NCBI GenBank assembly: GCA_964304625.1
Contig: OZ199839.1
Coordinates: forward strand, 6,886,234-6,950,233
Length of the DNA stretch: 64,000 nt
From: Kudoa neothunni
Taxonomy: Eukaryota > Animalia > Cnidaria
Reading direction: 5' to 3'
Below are positions 13,014-24,800 of the stretch, piece by piece; position 1 is the first letter of the stretch; each line of letters begins with the position of its first letter. The notes under the pieces are model-generated. The model ran no database searches, was not told the DNA's origin, and saw nothing but the letters and a program-made list of their open reading frames with translations. The position numbers were made by a program, and so were the translations under genes.

Positions 13014-14403
13014 ATGTTGGTATTTTCACTTGTTACGCTTTTTATAGCAACTGTTACAACTGGTGATTCACTCAATTTGTTATATATTCGTATATAATTA
13101 TTTACTTTATCAAGAGAGAGCTTTGCCTTCTTACGAGAAAGATGAAGGTCAAGCACCAGCTTGGTTGGCGGATAATGACCTAAAAGCAAAGGCTGCTGTA
13201 GAAAGATGGTATATTGACAAAGCTGACGCCACATGCAAACCTTTTACCTATCTTGGATCTCTCGGAAATTTTAACAATTTTGTATCGAGGGCAGCTTGCA
13301 ACGGGCATCGTACATTGCGTTTAATTATTATAAGCGTTTAATATTTAAATAGTAAAATTCAAACCAGAAGAACAAGCTGATGCATGCGAGTTAAACAATA
13401 ATGTAGGAAGTTGTGAGTTAACTGGCGAAAAAATGCTGACAAGATGGTACTTCACCAAAAGTGATGTTGGCGGTAAGACGAACTCTTGTCACAGCTTCAA
13501 ATACAGTGGTTGTGGTGGAAACGCAAACAATTTCGAATCAAAAAAAGAGTGCGAACAAGCTTGCCAAAGTAATTCTCTCATTATTTCATGCAGAGCTTAA
13601 AATAAATCAGTATGATAAATATTATTTTTTAATTTTGTTGACAGATAAGAAAAATGGTAAAGTAACAGAACAATCCGACGCAACCAAACTGACTGCAACT
13701 CCAAATGAATTCGACTGCAAATTCGCGGCTGAAGTAAAAACTCACGAACCCAAAATGGGAATAATTCCTCACAAAGATGGAAATAGATGCGTTTATGCCG
13801 CTGTTGGAAAGATTGCGACAAGGGGATTTTTTGATGATTTACCAAACTGTGTCAAGACTTGCATTAGTATATAATTCACTGTAGTAAATGGTTTGTATAT
13901 CTCAAATAGAAAAAAAAGTTGCAGCTTGCAATGCAGACGGTCCATATCAAGTTGAATCACAACAAGATAAAGTCACATCTGGGGTCGCAGAATATTTCTA
14001 CTTCAATAAAACCCTGGCCTTATGTTTGCCATTTTTATCACTGCCGCCAACTGGTGATACCCCAAAAATTGACGATGGTGCATTGAACATATTTAGCTCT
14101 GTTGAGTTGTGTGCAAGTTACTGCCCTGCAAGTATGAACCTAATTTAATGTGACACGAATAATAATAATTTAGCCGCTCATATTGGTCAATTAACTGCTG
14201 TTGAAGCTTGTAAGCTACCACAAACCGGAGTTTCAAGTGATAGCGATAAGTACCACATTGCTAGACATTACTACGATCACTCCGCAAATCCTAAAGCATG
14301 CAAAGAGTTTACTTTTAACGGAAAAGACATGAACCTGAATAACTTCAAAAGTGATGCTGACTGTACAAAAATTTGCAAGGATCCTTTGACAGGTTCAACT
14401 TAA
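13014..14403 (+). CDS. Secreted five-Kunitz-domain protein, paralogue 2 (377 aa)
   Basis: Exons 13014-13062, 13115-13309, 13353-13568, 13645-13866, 13910-14131, 14174-14403. Same phase-1 intron positions as paralogue 1; frame intact. Confidence 0.9.
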
Positions 14404-16026
14404 TTACTAAAGTCACATATCGGTGAAAAAACATTTTAAAAATTCCACTTATTTAGATATAGGAATATTTTAGTATTTCATTATTGTTATAATGTATTAC
14501 CTACTTAATACCATTGAATATGGTTCACAATAGCCTTAAAACGTAGACACATAACAAACATCGTAGTGTCTCTTTCAACCAGAGCGTCGAAACCATGGAT
14601 TTTTCTATTAGCCTCGTGTTCTTGGGGGTTTTTCACTCTAAACTAAATCTGGAGTTTTTTGTTTATTTGAAAAACTTGCAGATTATTGAATTCTCTGGAC
14701 TCATTTTATAAATAATAACTTTTAGAATTAGGTAAAATAATCATATTTATTGTTTTAGTAACGGGGAGAATTAAAATTATTCTAAATTTTAAAAAGATAT
14801 CACGATCGCCGTCAACACGCTGTTTTCCGATTCTTAAACAATTATTACTTGAACGATTGCAATTATTATTCTGATTATATTTGAGTATTTCAACGTTATC
14901 TTTAAATTTTTCAATGTTTTTAAACATATTTTGAAATTATAGGCATATATTGCTTTAAAGTATGCGGAAATTTTAAACGGAACCAAAAAAACGTGATATA
15001 ATATGTGTTTCAATCAAAATTGGTTAAAGGTAGAAGATTTAAAAGATTGACTTGATCAAGGTGTTAAGGACAACAACTATAGCTACTGTAAACGTTGAAC
15101 AAATTTTTTCATTAATGAACGCAGTAAAAACTAAACAAAGTAACTAATTAAAGGTTGAATCTGTAAAATGTAAACTCATCGCAAAACAGTTGATCAGAAG
15201 TAATAATAATACGTTTTTGACGTCACATCCAACAAATAGACTAACATATGATGTGAGCCAGCGATACCTTGAACGCTTGAAAAATAGATCAAACTTGTTA
15301 GCTGAGGGTTGCGAAGTTGAAGAAAACGATTCAATTGACGACAATAATTAGAAAACGCGATTAAAATAAAATTTTTGTTATTTTAATAATATTATCATGC
15401 TTTCTTTACGACCTTGAGTTTTTTGCCAAATCTTGGCTTCTTCAAGAATTCAATCTTTAGTATTTTCCAATACTCTCATTGGACGCCCTGCTTTCCACAA
15501 CAATGGTGCATACGCCAGGATTATAGCATTAATTTTATTTCCACTAGTTTTGTATGTTATTAAGCGAATAACCCACAGCAATTTTTCAAACCAAATGATT
15601 ATATTTTTTAAAAACATACCTCAGATATCAATATGCTGTTTATCAAATTCAAAATAATCATTGATTGCCTTGGGTATACCTATAGTTTTTACCTCTTTCG
15701 TAATAAAATTAAGTTTGAATTAATGGGTATAAGTTTATTCATACTGCTGTGAAGAGGAGTTAAGCTCAGTAAATAATTTGTTACAATCACTTCCATTAAG
15801 TTAGTGAATGTATGTAATAATCTATCTGTCCCCTCTTTTTTTTCGTAGTTATTATTTTCGTACATTTATGTTTTTATTAAGAGTTCGATTGAATTCAAAA
15901 CAATTCGATTCATTATCTTCTTCGATGTACGCGTTCGGGTCAGTTGATACATCGCCGTTCATTATTATATTCGCCATATTCAGATGCAACATTATGTTTT
16001 GAGTCGATTGAATTATTTTTTATAAC
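14404..16026 (+). repeat. Duplicated 3' flank of Kunitz paralogue 2
   Basis: Near-identical to 38599-40201. Identical or near-identical short ORFs appear in both copies (14706/38882, 15144/39319, 15433/39608, 15808/39983). Confidence 0.9.
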
Positions 16027-17900
16027 TAGGGAATGCCGTTTTCGATTAAAATCGATTTTAGTTGTCGAATTTTTTAAAAGTTCCGGCGTTTATTTTGCCT
16101 AAATGATCGATCTATTCCGAGTTAACTTAGACATGGGTGGACATAAGAGAGAAATTTCTAGTTTTCTGGAAGAGTGGACAGTCATAGAAAATGTTAAAAA
16201 TGAATTAATTTGCAAATATTGTAAAGCAAAACTTATGTCAAAACGAAATAGAATTGATGAGCATATGAAATTGAAAAAAACGTTGAAAGAGGCTTCCGCC
16301 ATGCTAAATATTTTCTTTAGGGATAGAATCGGTGTCTATTGTAGTTTTTGATGGATTTCCGCTGTCTCTGGTTGATAAGAAAAGTTATCTACGACGATTT
16401 TTATCAAAGTATTGTTAGCCTTCTAGATTATTCCCAAACAGTCGCGCCTTGGTGGGTACGTATTTGCCGATGATATTTGAAAATAATGAAGATAATGTGA
16501 GGTCATTATTAGCGACTAAGTCTTATCATTGATGAAACGCCTGATTTTAAAACAGACCATTAATAAACATTTAGAAATTTTTTATGATTCTGAAACTCTC
16601 GAAAGAACAACACTTATGCTTATTAATTCCAAGATATTATCGGAATGTAACTCAGTCATAGTTGCGAATGAAGTTTAGGAAACACTTCGATCATATGGAA
16701 TAAATTGAAGAAACTGTATGGCAATCATTTCTGATTCTGCCTCATATATGAAGAAATATTTCAAGAATTTGTCGGTTATGTACAACCATATTATCAGAAT
16801 ACCGTGTTTTTCCCATATGATACATCTGGTGGTTAAAAAATCGATTGACGTTGTTTGACAGAGTCTAAAAGTTCTGCATGAAATTTTCTGCACTTTTGTG
16901 TAAAAACAGATCTTCAAAAAATTCATTACTTAAAATTCTTAAGCCAAAATTGTGGAATAGAGTTTCGAAAAGAGATCCCGCGAGTACATGACATAAGATG
17001 GTACAGTATGTACAATCGTATACAATGCTGCGTTAAATATTTCCCAGCCATTTCCGACTTTTTGTTGAATTCAAGCCATGATTCTGTTTCATCATTCATG
17101 AGTATTTTTGAAATATCCAATGAATCATTAAGCGAGTTACATATTTACCTTAAACTTATTTCGATATCTTTGTCTCCATTGTATGATTTTTCCACGTCGA
17201 TCGAATCCAAAAGTTCATATGGTTTTTCACATCTCCATAATTGGATGAAATGTAATCACAATATTTCCCCTACAGATATATTAACCAATTTTAAAAATTC
17301 CATCAAAATGTTTCCATTAGACAGAAGAGAAATCATTTTCGGAAATATGTCAAAATTTGTTGATTTGTTTGTCGTTGAGATGTCTACAATAACAAATAAA
17401 CAAATTGAAGGTTGCTTTCCTTCCGATCACTTTTTTTAAACTGTTCGAAATCTTGATTTTTCACAGTATTATAATTTTAATAATGTGAAATTATCGGATA
17501 TTTCACAATTCGTTTGCAGAATAGTGGAAAAAGAAAATCTCCAGCGTGAATTTTTAACATTTCCGCGCTCTGAAACAGGTAATGTATCCGATTCTTGCAA
17601 TTCTTGGTAAACATATAATAAATCACATCCAACTATTTCAAAAATCATTAAATATTTTAATGCAATTCCATTATCATCTATATCAGTCGAACTTAGTTTT
17701 TTCCAGATGAAACATGTATTCACGCAAGATAGGACGCGTTTGTCAAATGAACGATTTAGAATATTTTAAATATTATATTATAATGTTAAAATATAAAATT
17801 AAATTATTTTTCATGTACAGTTTATTTTGCGCAGAATATTTTGTAGGAGTATGAACACTACTCGAAATTAGGAAATAAACATCGAAAACGGCATTCCCTA
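16027..17900 (+). mobile_element. Decayed hAT transposon
   Basis: Perfect TIRs TAGGGAATGCCGTTTTCGAT and ATCGAAAACGGCATTCCCTA. Degenerate 8-bp TSD (TTTATAAC / ATTATAAG). BED-like CKYC..H, IIDETPD, SDSASYM, CFSH, RW and a dimerisation-type motif PLSSISVELSF, all in broken frames. Confidence 0.85.
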
Positions 17901-18042
17901 ATTATAAGATATATAGATTTAAAATCCGATCCTAACACGATTATCAAAATAATAATATAATAAAATATATACAATCCATACTGAGTTGAATATTAAATGT
18001 ATTTTATTAAAAATGAAACAAATCGAATATAATCATTTAATG

Positions 18043-18667
18043 CAGAGGTTCTCAACCGTTTTTTCAAATTTACCCCCTTAATTTAGACGCAAAGTTCATT
18101 TTTACTGCAAGGTTTTATACTGGTTTAGCTATAGCAGAAGTTATTTGAGGTTTGAGGGAGAAATTTTTGTCCTAAAGACACGCTCGCTTATTGACAATTT
18201 TTAATTCCATCAACTCTTACAAGCTGTACATAGATTAATTTTTCAGATTTCCCAAATTAAATTATTTCTTGCCAATTTCTTTGCTCTTATGGCCTATACG
18301 TAATTAAAGTAGTCACAACTATTGACCTATAAATATTAATTACCATGAAAATAGTCATGGTAAGTATTATTATAATTATTAGGAGATGCATCACCACAAA
18401 ATAAAAGAGGCATAAAAGATAGAGATTGATAATAGTTTTAAAAATAACTGTTAAATAATTATCCCTACAAGAATTTCTAAGAATTTCTCCTTAATTCATA
18501 TTGATTTTAATAGCCCCACATAATATAATTCCTTAGGAATCCTGCAATACATCACAAGCACGTAAAGCAAAAAATTCCACATCCGATTCTGATGTTACTT
18601 AATTTACCCGCCCGTCACTTAAATTTTACCCCCAAGTGGTAAATCTACCTCCGGTTGAGAACCTCTG
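18043..18667. mobile_element. hAT (Buster/Charlie-type) MITE, 625 bp
   Basis: TIRs CAGAGGTTCTCAACCG and CGGTTGAGAACCTCTG. The 8-bp flanks ATTTAATG / ACTTATTG have a central TA. Non-coding. Confidence 0.85.
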
Positions 18668-19661
18668 ACTTATTGAATTATGAAAAACAATACAAAATTG
18701 TTTGCCTAATAAACATAATATCTCAGTGAAGATTCCTTTACTATATAATTCTTTTACTATTTCAAAAAGATTTATTTACCAGAAAAATATAATATTATAT
18801 TAAAATTCTCTTTAAGATCTTTTTTGGCAATGAAATAAATATGTAGATTAAAAAATAACACATTAAAATTATTAAATTATTGTCACCGTTTTTATAACTT
18901 AATTGAGAATTGTGTGATTATTATAACATAAAATACATAATATTGCTCAAGATTTGTGATAAAATAGTAATTAATTGACAAATGTATTATTTTAATCATG
19001 TTGCGTAGAAATTATTGCAATTACTATAATAATCATTATTAACATTTATAATCAAACATAATTCTGCTTTCCATGTTTATTTATCAAAAAGAATTGTTGA
19101 TATTAACATATATAATTTTTGCAGTTAATAAATGTTAACAAAAATGCAAGTATAACCATCCTATCAGTAAATATAAAATCGTCAAAAAAATTATAAACTA
19201 AAAATACCTACAGTAAACTTTTTTATACATAGTAGTTAATACGACATATTTGTATAATAAAAAATATGATGTTTTTCGTGAAAAATGCGAAAGGCCTTTT
19301 TTAAGTTTATCAATTTAAAATTGTTATATTAAAATAGACAAAAATTTAAATATTGATAAAATGTAACAGTCGAGTTAATAAGAGGAGAGAGAAAGAGAAA
19401 ATTCAATGTTTATTGTCACATGATGGAGCATGCAAGTGCATCCGACAGTGGTCGGGTTAAGAATTTTTAGAATTTAGAAGTTGCTATTTGAGCTGAATCT
19501 TTGCTCTCGGTATTATTTTATTATAAACAATCGTGAAAAAATTATAAGATGGAACATGCGAAGGATAGTGATTTTTAGGTGTCACACATTCCCCCATTAC
19601 CATTGACTATGGCCTTGGCTTACCCAAGGCTTTAGTCTTGTGGCGGGGCGTTTGCGCTAGT

Positions 19662-21605
19662 TCTATATATAAAAGTTCTTATCTGTCTGTCAGTGTGTGT
19701 GTTTGCAGCAGTACATATGTGTCATGGATAAACTTTTTTTAAATACAGCTTTTAGTTTGCATTTGAATAGATGTTATTGTTAATAAAAATCGTTCATTTA
19801 CATAGAAGTATAAATATAATCAATATCGTTATTAGAAGTAGGGAATTTTCTGGTTGTTAACATCAATTACCAGAGTAAAGGGTACCTGAATAATATTGAT
19901 GTTTGTTTACTTCAGAGTGATACTCAATTAGACTGAACTTTCATTCACCATATAAAAAGATAATCTTTTAATTATTCTATGGAATGTGTTAGAAATGTTA
20001 TATACGTCGTTTGGAATAATTTTAAGACAAATAAAACTATTAACGTCACATTTACAAGAGATGTAGTAATTCCTTTAAAGTTTATGTCATAACCAAATTA
20101 TTTTAGATACAGATTCATTTTTCAAGCACTAAAGATACATTATAGGTAAAAAGACTTAAGATCATTTTAAATAAAACACATAATTCGATATTACAAGTTG
20201 TTACCACGTTTAAATAATTTGGGTCTATACGCATTCTAAAAACGATGTAAGATGTGTGTAGAGTTTTCAAGTAATTAAATTTTTGTGATAACTTCTTAAA
20301 TGAAAATTATGCTCCATTGGAATTCCTGAGATATTAAAATTTCATTTTATGAAATATATCGATTCAGATTGAAACTATATTCGTTTTTTCGATAAGTTTC
20401 TACCCATTTTTTGGTTTTCCTAAACATTCTCTGCAAAACGATTGACATAAATAATTTGATAAGTTTCTATATTTGCTGAGATAATTTTTTAAATAATGTT
20501 TAAGGTCTTATCTACCTAATTATTCCTTACCCCCCCCCCGACCTTAAGGTTAATATTCGAACCAATATATAATTTTTTTTCGCTAAAAATAATTCATTAT
20601 GATATGAAAGTTGCATGAAAATTGCGACACCGTATTCTATATGTAGTTTAAGAATTTATATTCACGATTACTTTTGCAAAAAATACAGTCCCCTCTCAAT
20701 ACACGTCATGTAAGTTAATAAGAAATTACTAGTCTATTCGATCGAACCGCTATTTACACAAAGTTTTCTTTAATCTAAGAATAGTTCAATACAAATAAAT
20801 TTTTTAAGGCAATCAAACAGCATTTTAATTTTTAGAGGTGCATTCCTTCGAGAAAACCAGTTGATATTTAAGCATTATTGTAATTTTCCAAAACAAAAAA
20901 CATTTAAATTTTAGATTTATTCTTATTATGATAATTAAGTTTGTATATTTTTGAACCAGTGAGTATTTTTGTTAAAAACATATGTTGCATTAATTAAAAA
21001 ATCGGAAAATTATGTTAAAATAGTGAATATATAAGTTACCGCTTATAGCATTTTAAAACATCATTAACATCCTTTATAAAATTGCAAAAAGGGAGTAACA
21101 ATTAATATTTTTATTTCTGATGCATCTTAGGTTGTTTTTATTTTTTTAATTATCGTTTATAGACTAATAATACATTTAATAACCAGAAGAATTAATTTTG
21201 ATCGCAAAATTTTGAAAAGGATTAAAAGTCCTATTAAGTTACTTGATGATTTTATTTAATAAATAAATGAACATTAATCGTTAATTACATCCCTCACAAA
21301 ATTAGGTGATTATATTTTTGGTCAATAATTTGTAAAATAAACTTAAAAATACTCATTAATTTCCCTCAATACCTCTATTTATATTTGAATGGAAAGCGCG
21401 TGCATAATTTGGTGTATCTAAATCATCACATTGCAACAATTATGACAAGCTTTAAAATGCATAAATTAAAATAAAAAATAAAATTTACAGGGTTTAAAGT
21501 GCTAATTACATTAAACCTAACGTAGAATTTCTCTATTCTGAAATAAGACTAAAAGTTAATATTTTCCATTACATAGTACCAGGCAAAGCTGGGCATTAGC
21601 GCAAG
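19662..21605 (+). mobile_element. Non-autonomous Helitron-like element, copy B
   Basis: Begins TCTATATATAAAAG..ATCTGTCTGTCAGTGTGTGT (TC start). Ends with hairpin CCAGGCAAAGCTGG then GCGCAAG|T. Immediately preceded by another hairpin+CTAG end at 19612-19660. Confidence 0.75.
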
Positions 21606-21834
21606 TATAATATAAAAATCGTTTGAGTGAATGAAGAACGTTATATTTGGGGAATCAGAAACAATCAAAAATACTCGAAAAGATGATTGTCTATTCATAT
21701 AAAATTTTATCACATTTGAATAGTTATTATCTTTTCGTAAGATCGAAGATGGTTATTTTTTAATTGAATTCCTCTATTCATATTGATACAAATTTAGAAT
21801 TAACATTTTTTGTTAATTCACAAATAGTAAGATA

Positions 21835-24800
21835 ATGATGATGAGATTGTCTTCGATACAACGATATGCTTCCACAATATATCTGTTGATTTTCAGTCGT
21901 AATTTTCTTTGAGATTATAGATATATTAATCGTTATTAGTGTTATGTGCGAAAAATGTGCTCTCTGATAATATCGATAATAATTTAATGGAAGTGAATTT
22001 TTCATACCGTAAATTGGAATATATTATTTCACTTTCTGGATACAATATTGAGAATAGCTTCAGATACTGTGCCTTCCAATATTATGGACAAACTAGAGAA
22101 GCAATTAGCCTCGCCTCTAAGTGCACTACGGGCATAAGTGGTGCAAAATTGGATCAAAATTTAAATATGTGTACTTACAAGTGTAAAAGAATTGAGTTAA
22201 ATCTCAGTGGTGCGGAGTTTAATACAATTAAGTTTTTAAAGTGGTGTCAAGGTATGAGTGAAAATGATGTAAAAAAATGTTTGATCAAGAGAGTTTTTGT
22301 CATAAAAAGTATAGTAACATATTTGATATTGTTTTAATATAATAAAATAGATCTTTATATAAAGAGTTCACTGACAGCAACCAAAGCAAATAGCACGTTC
22401 ACTGTTTTAGTTCGAAGAAAAGAAGGCCGCGATTTGACTGTCAAAGAAAATCTCCTTTTAAAACGTATTCTAGGATCGTCGACTGCGTTTTATACATCCA
22501 AATCTATTACACTGCATTCAAAATCAGATAAACCTACGTATGTGGTTGAAGTTGAAAATCATCCACCAGAAGTTTTATTGAGCCCAAAACACCTCGGTGA
22601 AAATTGTTTTATTGCCACTGGATCAAAAGAAGACGGCATTAATAATTATTATACAATTACGCTCCAAAATCCGAAACCATCGCAAATTTGTTATTTTGGA
22701 ATAAAAGATATTAATGACACTCATTTTTCCTCTAATTGTTCAGAGATGAATAGAGCTGGGCCTTGTCTTCAGCCTTGCTACAAAGCTACCTTATATCATA
22801 AACATAATCCAACCTTGAAATTTGCTCAAGTACTTGTAAAACCCCTTGAAAGGATGATATCGAAAGAGTTTATTCAAACAATCACATGTAAATTGTAATC
22901 TATCTAATGTGTCTTATCGAATCTATAGTCGGCAATCAACCCATTGTTACTGTAACTGGAAAGAACGGGGCATCTGTTGATTTAACTGGTCTAAAATTAA
23001 ATGAAGATGGCCGTTCTGTAGGGGGAGCAGCTATCACAGAAATTAAAATAATTGAGAAAAATGTGGGACTTAAAGATAATTGGGTAAATCCCGCATGTAA
23101 CGGTAACGGAGGATGTGATAGTTTTCTATCGATAACTTTGAGTTCACTTCAGCCACTAACAGAATACATTTTAAAAATTAAAATAAAAGGACTTGAAACA
23201 TTAGATTCTCCCGAAGTTAATTATTATCACCATTATTTATATTTCAAAACTATAGGTAGCGCTAGATGTTGATTCCTTATATATAATGTTAAATAGGAGA
23301 TGAATTAACAAATAGTGGTACCTTCACGATAAGCAACACTTCTGGTCAACATAATGAACTAACTCTAAATCTATCTAATTCATTTTCCAGTGAAAAAAGT
23401 AACAAAGTAAAATGTGATCTCTATTATTCAGTCGTTGGAATTGATAATTCGATATATCCTGCTACATGCAAAAAAGATAGTGATAAAAAATTTTGTTCTG
23501 GTGCTTGTAACGAAAATTTCAATATAATAAATCTTGATCCTAAAACAAACTACAAAATAACTATCTGCCCAAATGGATATAATTGTGTTAAAAGCACTGA
23601 AATGTTGAGTAATTTACTTTTATTATTCTAACAATAATGAATTTAAATAGCTACTGGAACCGATATAACAATAGAAACCTCAGAAATTGAACAAGGAAAA
23701 ACAACAGTTACATTGACTGTTTCTTCAACTGATAATTCAGGAACTTCTTGGGCATACATTCTACTGGAACAAGAATCTAACAAAATTATCAAGGATTGTT
23801 TGAATGGTAGTTGCGAAACTGTCCTAGCGAGTGGATCTAACACCATAGAACCCTTATGGGCTTCTCTCAACTGCGAAGTTGCATATAAACTAGTTGTCAT
23901 AAATGTAGATTACTCTAAACCAAAAGAACAAAATTTAAAATGTAATTTGTCTTCTATTGAAGGATTAACTTTATATTTATAGGTGGTATTGAAGAAAGCA
24001 ATCAGAACATGCTTCTATATTATAATAAAGTGGAATCAAAGTACATGGTAAAATTCAAAGATAATGAACTAACTGGTAAGACTGATAAAGAATGCACAGT
24101 CCGAAAATCTAATAATAAACTTTTGAGTTATTCTGATATTGAAATTAACGGGAAAAATATAAATAAATGCGACGTGCTGTTAGCAGAATTCGAAATTGAT
24201 CCTAATAGTCAGAATAAACCAAATTATATTTCCGTTACTTATGAAGACAATAAAACTAAGAAAATAGATTCCCAAGAATCGGGGCTTAAAAAAAGTATTA
24301 TTGCAAAGTCGAGAAATAATGATGAAGATCTACTTTTGGGTGATAATCATGGCAAAAAGGACGAATTAAAAAATCTCTCTTCACTACTTGAAAAAGATCC
24401 AACGTCACAACAATTGACAGAAGTCAAAATTAAAATAGGAAAGGTCTATTCATACTACATAGGTATTATATAATTAAATTATAAATTTAACCATTTTTCT
24501 AAGATCATTTCAAAGAACTTACTCACATAGCTGAATTAGAAGGTGATAGAATAAAAATGAGTTTAAATAAATGTTCATTATCGTGCAAAGCATATAAGGA
24601 TACCTTGTTAGAGAAATCTGTGATGGAAACAAAATCTGGAAACTCCCCATGTAATTCTGGAAGCTATTCGATTCAATTCGATGAGCTAGTAAAAGATTAT
24701 TACATAAGCTGCCCAGGATATTTTGATTTTCATTATTTCTACGACAATACATTTGTCATGGATCAAGCCCCTGTTTTCAGTAGATTTTATTACGAACTAA

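Noticed and set aside
14706-16002. Four short ORFs conserved in two copies; a minus-strand stretch near 15420-15680 faintly resembling a RhoGAP C-terminus
   Set aside because: Conservation reflects recent duplication. There are in-frame stops and no convincing motif, so a gene or pseudogene call is not supportable.
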